A stretch of DNA of 64,000 nucleotides from the NCBI RefSeq assembly GCF_004010195.1, contig NC_057749.1, forward strand, positions 8,185,451 to 8,249,450. Direction: 5' to 3'. The translations under genes were made by a program, and so were the position numbers. The notes under the pieces were generated by a model. That model searched no databases. It was not told where the DNA came from and saw nothing but the letters and a program-made list of their open reading frames with translations. Positions within the stretch are counted from its first letter, which is position 1. The number at the start of each line of letters is the position of its first letter. This document shows, piece by piece, positions 12,063 through 24,430 of this stretch. This DNA comes from Chiloscyllium plagiosum (taxonomy: Eukaryota).

Positions 12063-12971
12063 ATGAGTCAGTCAGTTACTCAGGGAGAACCATCACAGGC
12101 ACAACCAGAGCAACGGGTTCCAGCATGTGCAGTCTTTCCATTTGCCTTAAGATAGAGGAACAGGAGTGGGCGATTCAGCCCATCAAGTATGCTCTCCCAT
12201 TCACTGAGATCATGACTGATCAGATTTGTTTCGAGAGCAAAGGAAGAATTTTTTTTTTGTAATTTGCCTGATAGCCCAGAGAAGTCAGCTCCTTTGAATG
12301 CCTTGGGTAAGATGTTTAAGTCTCTACTGTCTTCCCTGGGAGTTCTGACAAAGAGATGTTGCCTTGGTTTGTTCCTGTCACATCGACGGAAGCCATCACT
12401 GCACCATCGGCTGGTTATAGTGTTTCTGACTGCGCCATTAGCATTACCAGAAGAATGCTTGCTTTCATTGGTCAGAGCATTGAGTATAGGAGTTGGGATG
12501 TCTTGTTGGAATTGTACAAGACTTTGGTGAGGCCACATTTGGAGTATTATGTGCAGTTTTGGTCACCAAAAGAAAGGATATTACTAAACTAGAAAGAGGG
12601 CAGAAAAGATTTACTAGGATGCTATCTGGTCTGGAGGTTTGAGTTATAAGGAGAGGCTGGATAGACTGGGACTTCTTTCCCAGGAGCAACAGAGACTGAG
12701 GGGCCACTTCAGCTAAGACTATAAAATCATGATAGGCATAAATAAGGCATTTAGCCAACAGCTTTTCCCCAGGGTAGGTGAGTCTAAAGCTAGACAGCAT
12801 AGGTTTAAGGTGAAAAGGGAGAGATCCAGAAGAGTCCAAAGGAGCAATTCTTTCACACAGAGGGTGGCGAGTGTCTGGAATCGGCTGCCAGAGGTAGTGG
12901 TGGATATGAGTGCAATTTTGTCATTTAAGAAACATCTAGACAGGTACATGGATGGGATAGGCATGGAGGGA

Positions 12972-13174
12972 AAAGCACAACAGGTCAGGCAACATCCGAG
13001 GAGCAGGAAAATCGATGTTTCAGGCAAAAGCCCTTCATCAGCACTTCCTGATGAAGGGCTTTTGCCCGAAATGTTGATTTTCCTGCTCCACGGATGCTGC
13101 CTGACCTGCAGTGCTTTTCCAGCACCACTCTAATCTTGACTGTAATCTCCAGCATCTTCAGTCCTCACTTTCTC
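12972..13174 (+). mobile_element. Palindromic non-coding PLE derivative with two inverted hammerheads (family A)
   Basis: Arms about 12969-13041 and 13048-13120 plus a one-sided tail; TSD catggaggga at 12962-12971 and 13175-13184; matches the 3' end of the PLE at 30147-30275. Confidence 0.88.
13045..13078 (+). ncRNA. Minimal hammerhead motif (inverted partner at 13011-13041, minus strand)
   Basis: ttc CTGATGA a gggc tttt gccc GAAA tgtt ga. Confidence 0.7.
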
Positions 13175-13887
13175 CATGGAGGGATATGAACCAAACGCAG
13201 GCAAGTGGGACTAGATTCATTGTGAAAACTGGATGGCATGGAGAAGTTGGGCTGAAGGGCCTATTTTCATGCTGTAAACTTCCATGACCTCTATTATGTA
13301 GGGAGAGAGAAAGAGAGTGAGAGAGAGATAAGTACCTAAGGTGATAGACAACCACAATTTAATCATTGCACACCAGAAGGGGGTCTATAAATATAGAAAG
13401 AACACAATTCTGTGAGGAATTATTCCTTGGAATTGTCATTTGAGTTTGTTGAAGAACCCTAGCCATCTGTGGTTAGGGTTTGCTAAGAAACCTGCATGGC
13501 AGATGGACAATTAGCCTGCTGTGCGCTGGTCCTTGTTCCAAAATTCCCATGGCCCTACATTTCCTTCCCTTTTTAGGCTTTCCATTGAAAGATCGAATGA
13601 CCACCAAACCCCCACCCCGATGCCACTTTTGCCATTCTGTATGGGAAGATTTACCTCGTTCCTTTCAACTGATGTTCTAAGTGGTAAATTAGAATTGATA
13701 GGTTGTTATTACTGTCTCCTGAGCTGGAAGAAACAGACTCTCCTTATTCAGTTGAATCAGATTCTCTGAAATGTTCTGGGAAAGGTAAATGTTTTCCTTG
13801 TACACAAGTAACACCTTGTGTCTAATCTGCACTTTCTTGTACAACTCACAATATGACAGTTAAAGAAGTTTTTTGGGGAGTTATAAT

Positions 13888-14315
13888 GATAGAGTCACAG
13901 AGTGATATAGTACGGAAACAGACCCTTCGCTCCAACTCGTCCATGCCAACCAAGTTTCCCAAACTAAGCGAATCCCATTTGCCCATGTTTGGCTATTATC
14001 CCTTTAAACCTTCCTATTCAAGCCCCTGACCAAATATCTTTTAAATATAGTAACTATACCTGCATCCACCATTTCCTCTGGTAGTTTATTTTACATATAA
14101 ACCACCCTCTGTATGACAAATTTGCTCCTCAGGGCCCTTTTAACTCTCTCCTCTCCTCTTAAATTAATGCCCTCTAGTTTTGAACTCCACATCCTACGGA
14201 AAAGACCTTTGCTATTCCTTTTATCTATACTCCATATGATTTTATAAATCTCTCTAAGGTCACTTCCAATGCTCCAGTGAAAAACAGTCCCAGCCTATCT
14301 AGCCTCTTCTTATAA
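13888..14315 (-). mobile_element. CR1 LINE 3' fragment
   Basis: Reverse complement resembles 1-265 and 10130-10533. Confidence 0.85.
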
Positions 14316-15214
14316 TTCATTGAGCCTACGTTTTGTTTTAGAATCAATAAGATTTTCATGTTAGAGGGCTTCTACTTCAGTCTACATGCTCATCAAAGAT
14401 TGAAATTCCATGTTTTCAAAGTATTTCAATCTTTTATATCTGGATTCTTTTGCTTTTCAAAGTTATAGTGGTTGAATTTTGCTGTTGGTGTCTGACAAGG
14501 CTTAGAAACCTTGATCCAATTTTCTATTAATTGATAAGAATTATAATGGGTGCTGCAGTTTGCAATTATCACAATGAGTTTTAGAACCAGAGCATGGAGC
14601 TTCTCTCTGCTGAAAGAGATAGTCTATAATGAAAATCTATGATGGGTTTATTCTTGATCTCTTAAAATAATGGCCCTGTTCAAAAGAAAACCTTTCGAAG
14701 TTTATAACACGCATGGGTAGCAATGATAATATGCACCAAATTATATCCATTACTGCTAACAGATTCTAAAAACAGGACAAAAGAATATAAAAGGAAATTA
14801 GTGAAAGTAATTTCAGAACAGATATCTGGAGGATTTTATTTACTCAATGAGTGAATGTATATATTTGCAATAGTGGAAATATTTGGAATTGTTTCTTTAA
14901 ACCTTTCTGTCTCTCCATGGTCCTCTCTTTTAAAATGCTTCTTTTTTGGTCAACTGCACCAAAAGCTCCTGGCTCAGTTTCAAATTTGTGTTGATAATTG
15001 CTCGTGGCACCTTGTAATATGTTAAAGGTGTTGTATTAAGAAAGCTGTTGTTAATGGAAAAGTGGTGGTAAAGATTTCAATGGGTCTCGGATGTTTCTGA
15101 TATGTTCTTGCAAAGAGCTGTGTGAAAATGTATCCAAATAATTCAAAGAGAGGGGACAATGTGGAACAGCCAATTCTAGAAGCTATAGATACAGAAAATG
15201 TTCAAGAGTTTTAT

Positions 15215-15398
15215 GAGGAAAGAAGAGGAAAAAGAAGAGAAGACAGACTAGAGAGAAGAAAGGAGCAAGAGAAGAAAAAAGAAGAGAAGAGAGGAGAAAG
15301 GGAGAAGAGTTGAGAGGGAGAAGACAGAGAAGGAGAGAAAGAGAAAAAAGAGAAAGGAGACAGAGACCAGGAAAAGAAAAATAAGGAAGGAGGGAGGT
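15215..15398. repeat. Purine-rich (GA) low-complexity tract
   Basis: Almost entirely A and G. Confidence 0.9.
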
Positions 15399-15404
15399 AA
15401 AGGT

Positions 15405-15748
15405 TAATTTTCTACAACACGTTTGACAACCTTTGGACATCCCAAGATACATTATGACCAATAGAGTACATTTGAAGTGTAGTCACTGTTTAGCAAAGGA
15501 AACTTAACAGCCAATTTGTGCACAGCAAGCTCCCAAAAATAATTGTGCAATTTAGATGTTAATTGAGTGATAAAGGGCAGCCAGGACACTGAGGAGAACT
15601 CTCCTGTTCTCCTTTGAACAGCACTATCAAAACTAACATCTCCCTGAGATCAGTTCATGATCTCATCTGAAATAAAAACCACCTCTGACCAAAGTGCCAG
15701 TCTCAATTATGTGCTCAAATCTCCGGAATGCAGTTTAAGATCACAATC
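15405..15748 (-). mobile_element. Deu-domain SINE (SacSINE1/AmnSINE1-like), old
   Basis: Reverse complement contains gggagcttgctgtgcacaaattggctg...acagtgactacacttcaaa. Confidence 0.7.
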
Positions 15749-16692
15749 TAGGACACAAGAATGGATTGCTTTTTTATTCATTCATGGGATGGTATCTCTG
15801 GCTAGGCCAGCATTTATTGCCCATCCCTAATTGCCAGAAGGCAGTTAGGAATCGGCAATATTGCTATTGTAACTTGTAGGATTGGTATCCAATGGCTCAC
15901 GGTGAGAGTGTGGAACATTAAGAGTTATGTTTAACAAAATTCACATCAAGCTTTGTTAGGTGAAAGCTCAAACTTTAGCAACTTGATTTGAGCAATAAGA
16001 TGATTACACCAATGCCCTACATGTATCAAATAAACCTTCAGTTCCTAAAGAAAGCAACATCATCGAGCTGACTAGCACTGGGATAATATGCATTGTAGAA
16101 TAATTGTTCACTTTCATCTTTGCTGGCTATACCATTAATTTGCAGGGAACCATGTTGATGCAGGTAACTATGGACATGAATGGGCTTAAAAGCATTAAAC
16201 ATAGTCCAAGAAAGAAAGAGTCACCAACCACTGATTTTTAGTGGTTGTTATTGGACAACTGGTTCAACTCAAAGCCTTTCAACCTTATTATTAATCAGTT
16301 TTCACATGTAGTAAGGTAGAATGGGAAAAAAAACAATCTTCGATTTGAATTCTATCCAACAGCCTGAAACGTCTATAAGTTTTAATTAAGAAGGACAGGT
16401 CTATAAGGAACAGTGGACAGATTTCAAGTGTAAACAGCATATTGGGGATCAATAGGCACAAGCCAATTCATTTACTACCACTTGAAAGGAACGGGTGATG
16501 CTTGTCAATAGTTCTTGAAAATTTTGGAACCAATTAACATTAACTGACAGCTGTCTAATTGACAGACTGAGTAAAAGCAAATGTGTGAAATGATAAAAGA
16601 ACAAAGCTGCAAATAAGAGACTTGACAACTGCTGGGCAACTGTAATGATGCTGTTCCTTAAAGTCGCTTTCAGCTTGTGGCATTCAGCCAAA

Positions 16693-16853
16693 TCAATGAC
16701 TGAACTTGTTGGGCGAAGGCAAAAGACTCAGGGTTCCTTCTAATTGAAGGCAAGATGATGTGCGGATCTCGGTCTCTCGTTCTGAATGCTGAATGTCCTC
16801 GCTGCTGCTCGTACCTTCCGACTCTCGATCAGAGCTGCCTTCGCAAATCTTGC
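16693..16853 (-). CDS. Candidate terminal exon, unidentified
   Basis: Acceptor ggtttttctctcccag; CpG-rich; phase-1 frame KICEGSSDRESEG...PSPNKFSH*; the phase-0 frame is also open for 37 codons. Confidence 0.3.
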
Positions 16854-17271
16854 CTGGGAGAGAAAAACCCTCGAGGTTTAAATTAACTTCATTGCAACAG
16901 ACATGTCAAGATGATTGCCAGTTGGCTCTGGCACGCAACTACAACCATGCTGTGAAGAGCAGCTTGATAATATGGAAGTGAAGGAGTTAGAATTATGTTA
17001 CACGGAAACAAATAGAACATACAGAACAAAAATAAGCCATTCGGCCCAACAGATTCATGGTTGCATTTAAACTCCACGAACGCATCCTCCCACCTTGCTG
17101 TACCTAACTTACAAAAATGGACTTTGTCTTAATTTTTGGAATTTTGTTTTAACAATGCCTCCTGTTATTAATATAGGCATCATGATATGGCAATGTAAAC
17201 ACTTTCACTGCATTTTTTTAATCAGAAAAACAAATGACAAATTACTATTCTATTCTATTCTACCCTTTAGT

Positions 17272-17577
17272 GTGGCATGGTGGCTCAGTAGTTAGTGCTG
17301 TTATCTCAGACCACCAGGGAAACTGGGTTCGATTCTACCTTCATTTGACAATGCAGAATTCTCCCTGTGTCTGTGTGGGTTTCCTCCAGGTTCCAGTTTC
17401 TTCCCACTGTCCAAAGATGCTAAATTACCCATTGGGAGCAGCTTGGGATATGCTGACTTGGTGGATTAGCTATGGGATATGTGGGATTGTTGGGTGGGTC
17501 TGGCTGGGATGTTTTTTGGAAAGTCAGTGTGGATTTGATGGGCTGAATGGCCTGCTTTCACAGGGATTCTATGATTC
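17272..17577 (+). mobile_element. HE1-like SINE
   Basis: tggcatggtggctcagtagttag head, V-domain-like body, attctatga tail. Confidence 0.8.
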
Positions 17578-17839
17578 TTTCTATTGTTTTACCCTCATAA
17601 ATTCAACCAACTTGCCGCTAAAGCAATTTCTGCTATTTGTTTCAAGTTTGTTTACTGCAAAAATATCTTTATCCATAAATCTACCTTTATGTACATACAC
17701 AAGGTGGCTGTTCAGTCCAATATGTCTGCAATGGCTCTGCAAATGCATTTGTGTTTTGAAAGGAGCTAATTTCTTGAGTTAAGAAAAGAGTGAATTGATT
17801 AGTCAAACAATTCCAAGAAGAAACAATCACACAACTTAC

Positions 17840-17869
17840 ATGCACGCAGATTAGAAATAAGAAGTGAGC
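17840..17869 (-). CDS. Candidate 30-nt micro-exon
   Basis: Acceptor tatcttttcccttattttag and donor gtaagt; symmetric. Confidence 0.25.
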
Positions 17870-18008
17870 CTAAAATAAGGGAAAAGATATACAGATCGGT
17901 CTCTGAGTCATTTGTGAAGAACAAATAGCAGAATATCGCAACTATTGTATCAGATGTTGCTGATAGCATTGATGCTGGCAGTTGAGTGGTTGACTTTGGA
18001 ATCCTTAC

Positions 18009-18069
18009 TTTCACTGGTTGATTGTAATTCGATGGTTTGGCTCCTTTTAATAACGGCTGACATGCAGCA
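18009..18069 (-). CDS. Candidate 61-nt exon
   Basis: Acceptor (ct)n-cag and donor gtaagg; phase-0 frame CCMSAVIKRSQTIELQSTSE. Confidence 0.25.
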
Positions 18070-19472
18070 CTGAGAGAGAGAGAGAGAGTGAGAGACTATC
18101 TTTTTCTATTCTACCTGCAGAGCAGGGGTGTTTAATGGCTGTTCACAAGCTGTAACCTTCACACCATGTTAGCCCCTTTACTGGAATGATTGGCCTCCAG
18201 AGAAGAACCCATAGTTGCTTTCAGTTTTCAACCCCTGGTTTGTATATCTCTGGAAGAGTAAAACATAAACATGTCTGCAGGAGATGGTTTCCAAATGAAA
18301 AGGGGTCGGTAGGCAGCCCTTAGTTATCTCCAGCTTTTCAGCCTTTCTGTTTAAAGTTTCTTTGACTCTGTGCAGGCCTCCGGGCTCTGCTGAACAGATA
18401 ATGAATTTACCTCCACAGTTATCTTTTAGCTCGAGAAGAAAAAAGAAACTCCTGAGGGAATTAAAAATTCAATATGTCCATAAATACTTTGGCATTCTGA
18501 TCCATCGTCAAGACAACTGCCCCACTAACCACTGGCTGAATATCATTGGAAGAGGGATAATATGAGTTATTGGGCATTGATTGCCCCCTTCAGTGCCTGA
18601 ATTTGGGACAGGGTTATAGGCCGCCCATCAGCTTTTCTATCTTGAGTTTGTTCACTGAAAAGGTAAGAAGGTAGCCTCCTGGCACCAACCCCCAACCCCA
18701 CCCCCTCTACCAACCAATCAGCTGCTCGCTCACTTCCAAACCTGCCTCAGAGAGGACATTAACTTATGTGTGTCAACACTGTGAAAGAGCTACCACTAAT
18801 CCCATCCACTGCATCGTTCCCCTTGCCCCACAAACATTTACACTGTAGGCATATATTCTTTTTACCTTTTTAAACAAAACCATTGACGTGAAATAAAAGG
18901 GAACAATCTTCCGGATGGTTCCGCTCCTCACCTGGGATGTTCTGTCGTCAATTCTGATAGTTTTGTTTTGGATTACTACATCGATTTTAATTAGTTTTAA
19001 TTTGAATAAGTGAAAGATGCGTTTGGTGCAGAACAAGTGGGACAAGAATCTCACGCCAATGTTTGGCAGACACTCTTACAAAGCCATTTCAATTAGTGCT
19101 GTGAAGCAGCTGTATTTTAGATCTTTGATTCAAATCAATCTAAGCCCATTGAACTTAAATCTCTCAAAATCCCTCCATACTGTCTGACTAAATAAAGAAC
19201 ACGAAAGTTAAAATTGTATTGCTCTTCGAAATAACTTTCTCAGTTAGTACTCATGTCAGGCTGTTTGAAATCCATAATGCCAAAGTGTGTATTTAAGACA
19301 TTTATAATTAGTTGGCGTGATTAAAAAGGACTTCAATCATTACTGAATTTGCACAGATGATGTTGTAAAGTGCAACATCTGGAAAATTTGAATTGGAAAT
19401 CCTAATGTAAATGATGTCCTTCAGAACTGAGTCGCATGTATTTAATGAATATTATAAATTTGCAGGTGTAAT

Positions 19473-19668
19473 CCAAACATGTGCAGGTTAGGTGAATTGG
19501 TCATGCTGAATTGACCACAGCACTCAGGGATGTGTAGGTTAGGTGCATTAGTCAGGGGTAAACGTAGAGTAAAAGGGAATGGATTTGGTGGGATACTCTC
19601 CGGAGGGTCGAAGTGGATTTGTTGGGCCGAAGGGCCTGTTTCCACACTGTAGGGATTCTAATTCTAGA
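19473..19668 (+). mobile_element. HE1-like SINE, 3' half
   Basis: Matches 44850-45010. Confidence 0.85.
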
Positions 19669-19894
19669 TCTGTCGCTTAGCTTGCATTGACGTGTTTGAG
19701 AGTGACTGGAAGATTCACTTGCAGTCAATGGAGAACATTCACTCCATCTCTGACATGATATGATATGTTATTAGGAGACCTTACTTTATAAATGGCCAAC
19801 GTTGTGAGCCCAGTTTTGTTCTGCCCCTCATGATCTCCTGTAAATGTTTATTTTGTACCTTCAGCAGAGTATTTGTACTCGATGAGATGACACG

Positions 19895-20485
19895 TATGGT
19901 CTTGTTTACATTGGTGAGACCAAGTGCAGACTTGGTGACAACTTTGCAAAACACCTCCGTTCTGGCCATTAAGAATGACCTTGATCTCCCAGTTGCTTGC
20001 CACTTCAATAAACCACTTTGCTCTCATGCTAACCTTTGTCTCCAGGGCCTGCTACACCATTCCAATGAAGGGCAATGCAAGTTTGAAGGACAATATTTCA
20101 TTTTTCACTTTGGTACTTCACAGGCTCAAGATTTCAGTATTGAATTCTGTAACTTCAAATATTGTATGTATCTGACGTCTCACCCACAATCCTTTCTTGT
20201 GTTTCTTTCTGACCTTGCATGCTTTCAGTACAGAGTTCAAAATCCCACCCTTCTGCACTTTAATGTACACTCATTTTACATCTTTTTCTCTTTGTCCACC
20301 ATTAGCATCCCCTTCGTCTTTTGCACAGAGCCTTTGCCTGTGTCTAAAGTTCTTGCAAAAATGTTTTCCAACTCCTTCCCCTGCTGAAGAAGTCATAATG
20401 GATTTGAAATGTTAACTCTGTTTTGCTTTCCACAGATGCTGCCAGACCTGCTGAGTTTCTCCAGCATTCTCTGTTTGTTTGTTTG
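19895..20485 (+). mobile_element. Decayed Penelope-like element 3' end (GIY-YIG plus 3' UTR; parent of family C)
   Basis: GLVYIGETKCRLGDNFAKHL / DLPVACHFN...FIFHFGT; degenerate hammerhead CTGAAGA...GAAAtgttaac at 20381-20416. Confidence 0.8.
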
Positions 20486-20634
20486 AGATGACACTTATGT
20501 TAGCTCCCCATAAAGTATGAAAGAGTCATGGACAAAATTGATCTGAAGGTTTTAATAGATCTTTACTATAACTTTGTATCTAGATATATTCCAATCACAG
20601 CCACGTACATGTCTGCGTTAAAGTGAAGTAATTT

Positions 20635-20983
20635 TTTTATTCATATGAGGTATGGATGTCACCAGCTAAGATAACATTTACTTGCCAATCCCTAATTGCC
20701 CAGAGAGCAGTTAAGAGTCAACCGCATTGCTGTGGGTCTGGAGTCACATGTAGGCCAAATCAGGTAAGGCCATTTCCTTCCCTAAAGAAATTTAGCATGG
20801 CCAATCCATCTAACTTGCACATTTTTGGACTGTGGGAAGAAATCAGAGCACCCAGAAGAAACCCACATAAACACAGGGAGAATTTGCAAACTCCACACAG
20901 ACAGTCACTCAAGGGTGGAATCGAACTTGGGTTCCTGATGCTGTGAGGCAGCAGTGCTAATCACTGAGGCACTGTGCCACCAC
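20635..20983 (-). mobile_element. SINE-B 3' part adjoining an HE1-like 5' part
   Basis: 20635-20787 matches the SINE-B tail; 20788-20983 matches the HE1 head and body. Confidence 0.7.
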
Positions 20984-21099
20984 TTGTATGAAATATGTGT
21001 CATGCTACAAAAGGACTCAATAAAATGGATGCTGAGACCTTTACACTATCAGCTCCCACGCCAGCAGCATGTGGTGAGGCCATGATGAGCACTGTTTTT

Positions 21100-21517
21100 T
21101 ATTATTGAATCATGGAATGTGGGTGTCGTTGGCTGGGCATTTATTACTCATCCCTAGTTGCTGTTGAGAAGGTGGTGTTGAACTGCCCTCTTGAACCGCT
21201 GCAGTCCATTTAGTGTAGGTTAGCCCACAGGGAGGAAGGTCCAAGGTTTTGACCCAGCAACGCTAAGGATGTATTTCCACGTTAAGAGGGTGAATAGCTT
21301 AGAGGGGAATGTGCAGGTGGTAATGGCCCCACATATCTGCTCCACTTGCCCTTCTAAATGGAAGTAGTCATGTATTTGACAGACACTGTCCAAGGATTTT
21401 TGGTGAATTTCTTCAGTGCATCTGATAGATAATACAAACTGCTGCTACGGAGTTCAGTGATAGAGAGAGTTGATTTTTGTGGATGTGCTACCAATCAAAT
21501 CCTGGATGGCGTCAGTC
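21100..21517 (-). mobile_element. LINE-B 3' fragment
   Basis: Collinear with 5890-6320. Confidence 0.8.
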
Positions 21518-22216
21518 ACTCAATTCATAAGTGTGCCAGATACCTGTTTGACTGAGTCCCATAGTGGCCTGACCCTGCAACCACAATGTGACAAAATGAA
21601 TGGTAAATGTTGACAGAAAATGATGAATAAATCGTGCAAACAAAAAGTAAGGCCTATGAGTGTATCCCATGCAATAGAGAGCCTTCAGTTATGGTGATTC
21701 AATTGGAGTGCCACAAAGAGGCTCAGAAAAGACAATAGTTTCTTTGAACAGATTCTTATCTGTACTGCAACTTTCAACTAGGAATTTGATTGAAGCTATG
21801 ATTCAAATGCCTTCACCTTTGCTGGTATTTGTCAAAACCTAAAGTGCTTGTTTTCAACTAGGTATAAAAATTAGTAACACTGCAACCATATATTACAATC
21901 TCAAAGGTTCACATACTGTAAACCCTACAGCTATTTTTACAATTATATTTCTATTTTTCAGTTGGTGGGTCATCTCTTATTACCTGAAGAAGCATACTTG
22001 GAAGTTGTTAAAGGTTTCTGTGAATCTAATTACCTGAAACTAAAGCATCTTTTTTTAGAAACCACAACATTTGCGAGGAATTGACTTCTATAGAAACACA
22101 GCACAGTGATTTAAATGTGGAAATATTCAAGATCGTGTTGTTTGCAAATGATGCCCTTGTGATAAAAATGATTCATCACTTTCCGGTCCCCAATAAAAAC
22201 AGGTTTGACAAACAAA

Positions 22217-22422
22217 TAAAGGCAAAATGCTGCTGATGCTGTAAATCTGAGACAAACATAGAGAATGTTGGAGAAATGCAGCAGGTCTGGCAGCATTGAC
22301 GGAGTAAAAAAAATCAGAGTTAAAAATCTGATAGAACTCTCTTTCAATAGTAAACTAATCATACCAGACACGAAATGTAAACTCTGTTTTTCTGTCTCCA
22401 CAAATGCTGCCAGACCTGCTGG
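22217..22422 (-). mobile_element. Palindromic PLE derivative (family C), old
   Basis: cagcaggtctggcagcatt ... aatgctgccagacctgctg inverted arms. Confidence 0.7.
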
Positions 22423-22486
22423 GCAATATTGATAAATATTGTCTTGTTAAAGGAATACCTGTTTTGCTATCCTGTGCCATATTCCA

Positions 22487-22905
22487 TGGATAGGTTGTGA
22501 CTTTTTTCACTGGAGCATAGGAGGTTGAGGGGTGACATTACAGAGGTTTATGAAATCATGAGGGGTGTAGCTAAGGTGATTGGCAGGTGCCTCTTCCCTT
22601 GGATGGGGGATTTAAAAACTGGGGGCATATTTTTAAGCTGAGAGGAGAAAGATTTTAAAAAGACATGAGGGGAATTTTTTTTTTACACAGAGAGTGGTTT
22701 GTGTGTGGAACAAACTTCCTGAGGAAGTGATGGATGCAAGTACAGTTGCAACATTTAAATACATTTGGATAAGTTAATAAATAGGAAATGTTTGGAGGAA
22801 TATGGGCCAAACACAGGCTGGTGGGACTAGTTCAATTTGGGATTATGGTTGGCATGGACTGGTTGGAATGCAGGGTCTGTTTCCGTGCTGTATGATTTTG
22901 TGACT
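22487..22905 (+). mobile_element. CR1 LINE 3' fragment
   Basis: Collinear with 10130-10533. Confidence 0.88.
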
Positions 22906-23230
22906 TTACACTTCATGGCGAACCCTTCTCAGGATCCAATCAGAAATCTATCTCTACCTTAAACAAACTCAAAGACTGAGCCTCCTTAGCTCTCTGAGGT
23001 GAAGAATTTCAAAGGCGCAAAACCCTCCGAGTAAAAAGAATTCTCCTCATCTCGCACTAAGTGGCTTCTCTCTTAGTTTTTAATTTTACCCCTTGCTTCC
23101 CCAAACAGAGGAAATATCTCACCCACATTTACTTTTAATTATTTTGTAAGTTACAATGAGATTTCCTTTCATTCCTCAAAACTGTAGAGAATACAGATTC
23201 AGTTTCCCCAAGCTGTCTTCATAGAATAGC

Positions 23231-24289
23231 TATTTATTGTGAATTGTATTTTTTACAAAAAAGTATCATGCAAGTCATAGAATTATAGAGATTTACAGCA
23301 CCAAAACAGACCCTTCTATCCAACTCGTCCATGCCAACCAGATATCTCAACCTAATCTAGTCCCACCATATCCCTCCAAACCCTTCCTATTCATATACCC
23401 ATCCAAGTGCCTTTTAAATGTTGCAATTGTACCAGCCTCCACCACCTCTTCTAGCAGCTCATTCCATACACGTACTACCCACTGGGTGAAAAAGTTGCCT
23501 CTTGGGTCTCTTTTATATCTTTTCCCTCTCACCCTAAACCTATGCCCTCAAGTTCTGGACTCCCCCACCTCAGGGTAAAGACTTTGCCTATTTATCCTAT
23601 CCATGCCCCACATGATTTTATCAACCTCTTTGAGGTCATCCCTCAACCTTCGACGCTCCAGGGAAAACAGCCCCAGCGTATTCAACCTCTCCCTATAGCT
23701 CAAACCCTCCAACCCTGGCAACATCCATGCAAATCTTTTCTGAACCCTTTCAAGTTGTGCTTAAATCACCATGCCATGGGTACCTATGTTAATGACAGAA
23801 GGCATAGATAAGAAGAAATATAACACCAATCTTAGTTCTATTCACCACTCCTGAGTTGAGGAAAAGACAGTACCGATGCAAGGTCGCCAAGCCATCCAGT
23901 GGAATCTCGAGCTTCGAGAAACCAACCCTCATCACCAAAGCCTCTGCCAACCTGTCCAGTGGAATTCTGGGCCACGCCTCCGAAGATACCAAAGCATAAC
24001 CACCAGCAAATGCGGCCTCCACTTCGTGGATATCGGTGTAGTACCAGATACCGGGCCCCTGTGCCCGCCCTTCTGCCAGCCGCCTCCCCACCATCATCCA
24101 TCAGGGTCCTGCTCCAGGTTCACCAGCTGCTGCCACATTCCGGACCCTGACGAATCCACCTTCCTATAATACTCCACCAAAAAAAAATAGCAAAGAAGAA
24201 AAGGAAAAGAAGAGAAAAACAAAAGAAAATTTAAAATGTGGACAGAGTAGACGAGTCCATATGCTGTCTACTCCGCCACTGCCATCTTG
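23231..24289 (-). mobile_element. GC-rich putative non-autonomous element, interrupted by CR1
   Basis: Minus strand starts caagatggcagtggcggagtag, then a T-rich tract, a CpG-rich body and an acaataaa end near 23232. Confidence 0.45.
23276..23750 (-). mobile_element. CR1 LINE 3' fragment
   Basis: ORF RGKRYKRDPRGNFFTQWVVRVWNELLEEVVEAGTIATFKRHLDGY; flanked by caagt on both sides. Confidence 0.9.
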
Positions 24290-24329
24290 TAGCATCAGAC
24301 TGTTGTACTATCCTGGAACAATTCTGATG

Positions 24330-24430
24330 AGCTTCTGTGAAGAGGGGGGTCGCTGGATCCAAACCATCAACTTTGCTTTCTCTCCACAGATGCTGCCCAA
24401 TCTGCTGAGTTTCTCCAGGAATTTCTGTTT
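24330..24430 (+). mobile_element. PLE family C 3' end remnant
   Basis: ctctccacagatgctgcccaatctgctgagtttctccagg; decayed hammerhead upstream. Confidence 0.65.

Larger units (their letters stand above)
12455..13296 (+). mobile_element. CR1 LINE 3' fragment
   Basis: IEYRSWDVLLELYKTLVRPHLEYYVQFWSP; FTQRVASVWNRLP; 3' UTR split by a palindromic insertion. Confidence 0.9.

Noticed and set aside
15122..15461. Lys/Glu/Arg-rich and Leu/Phe/Ser-rich ORFs
   Set aside because: They are translations of a GA-rich low-complexity tract.
17234..17782. 182-aa ORF and similar ORFs over SINEs (28934, 35870, 44688, 54639)
   Set aside because: They read through HE1-like SINE sequence and show no domain signal.
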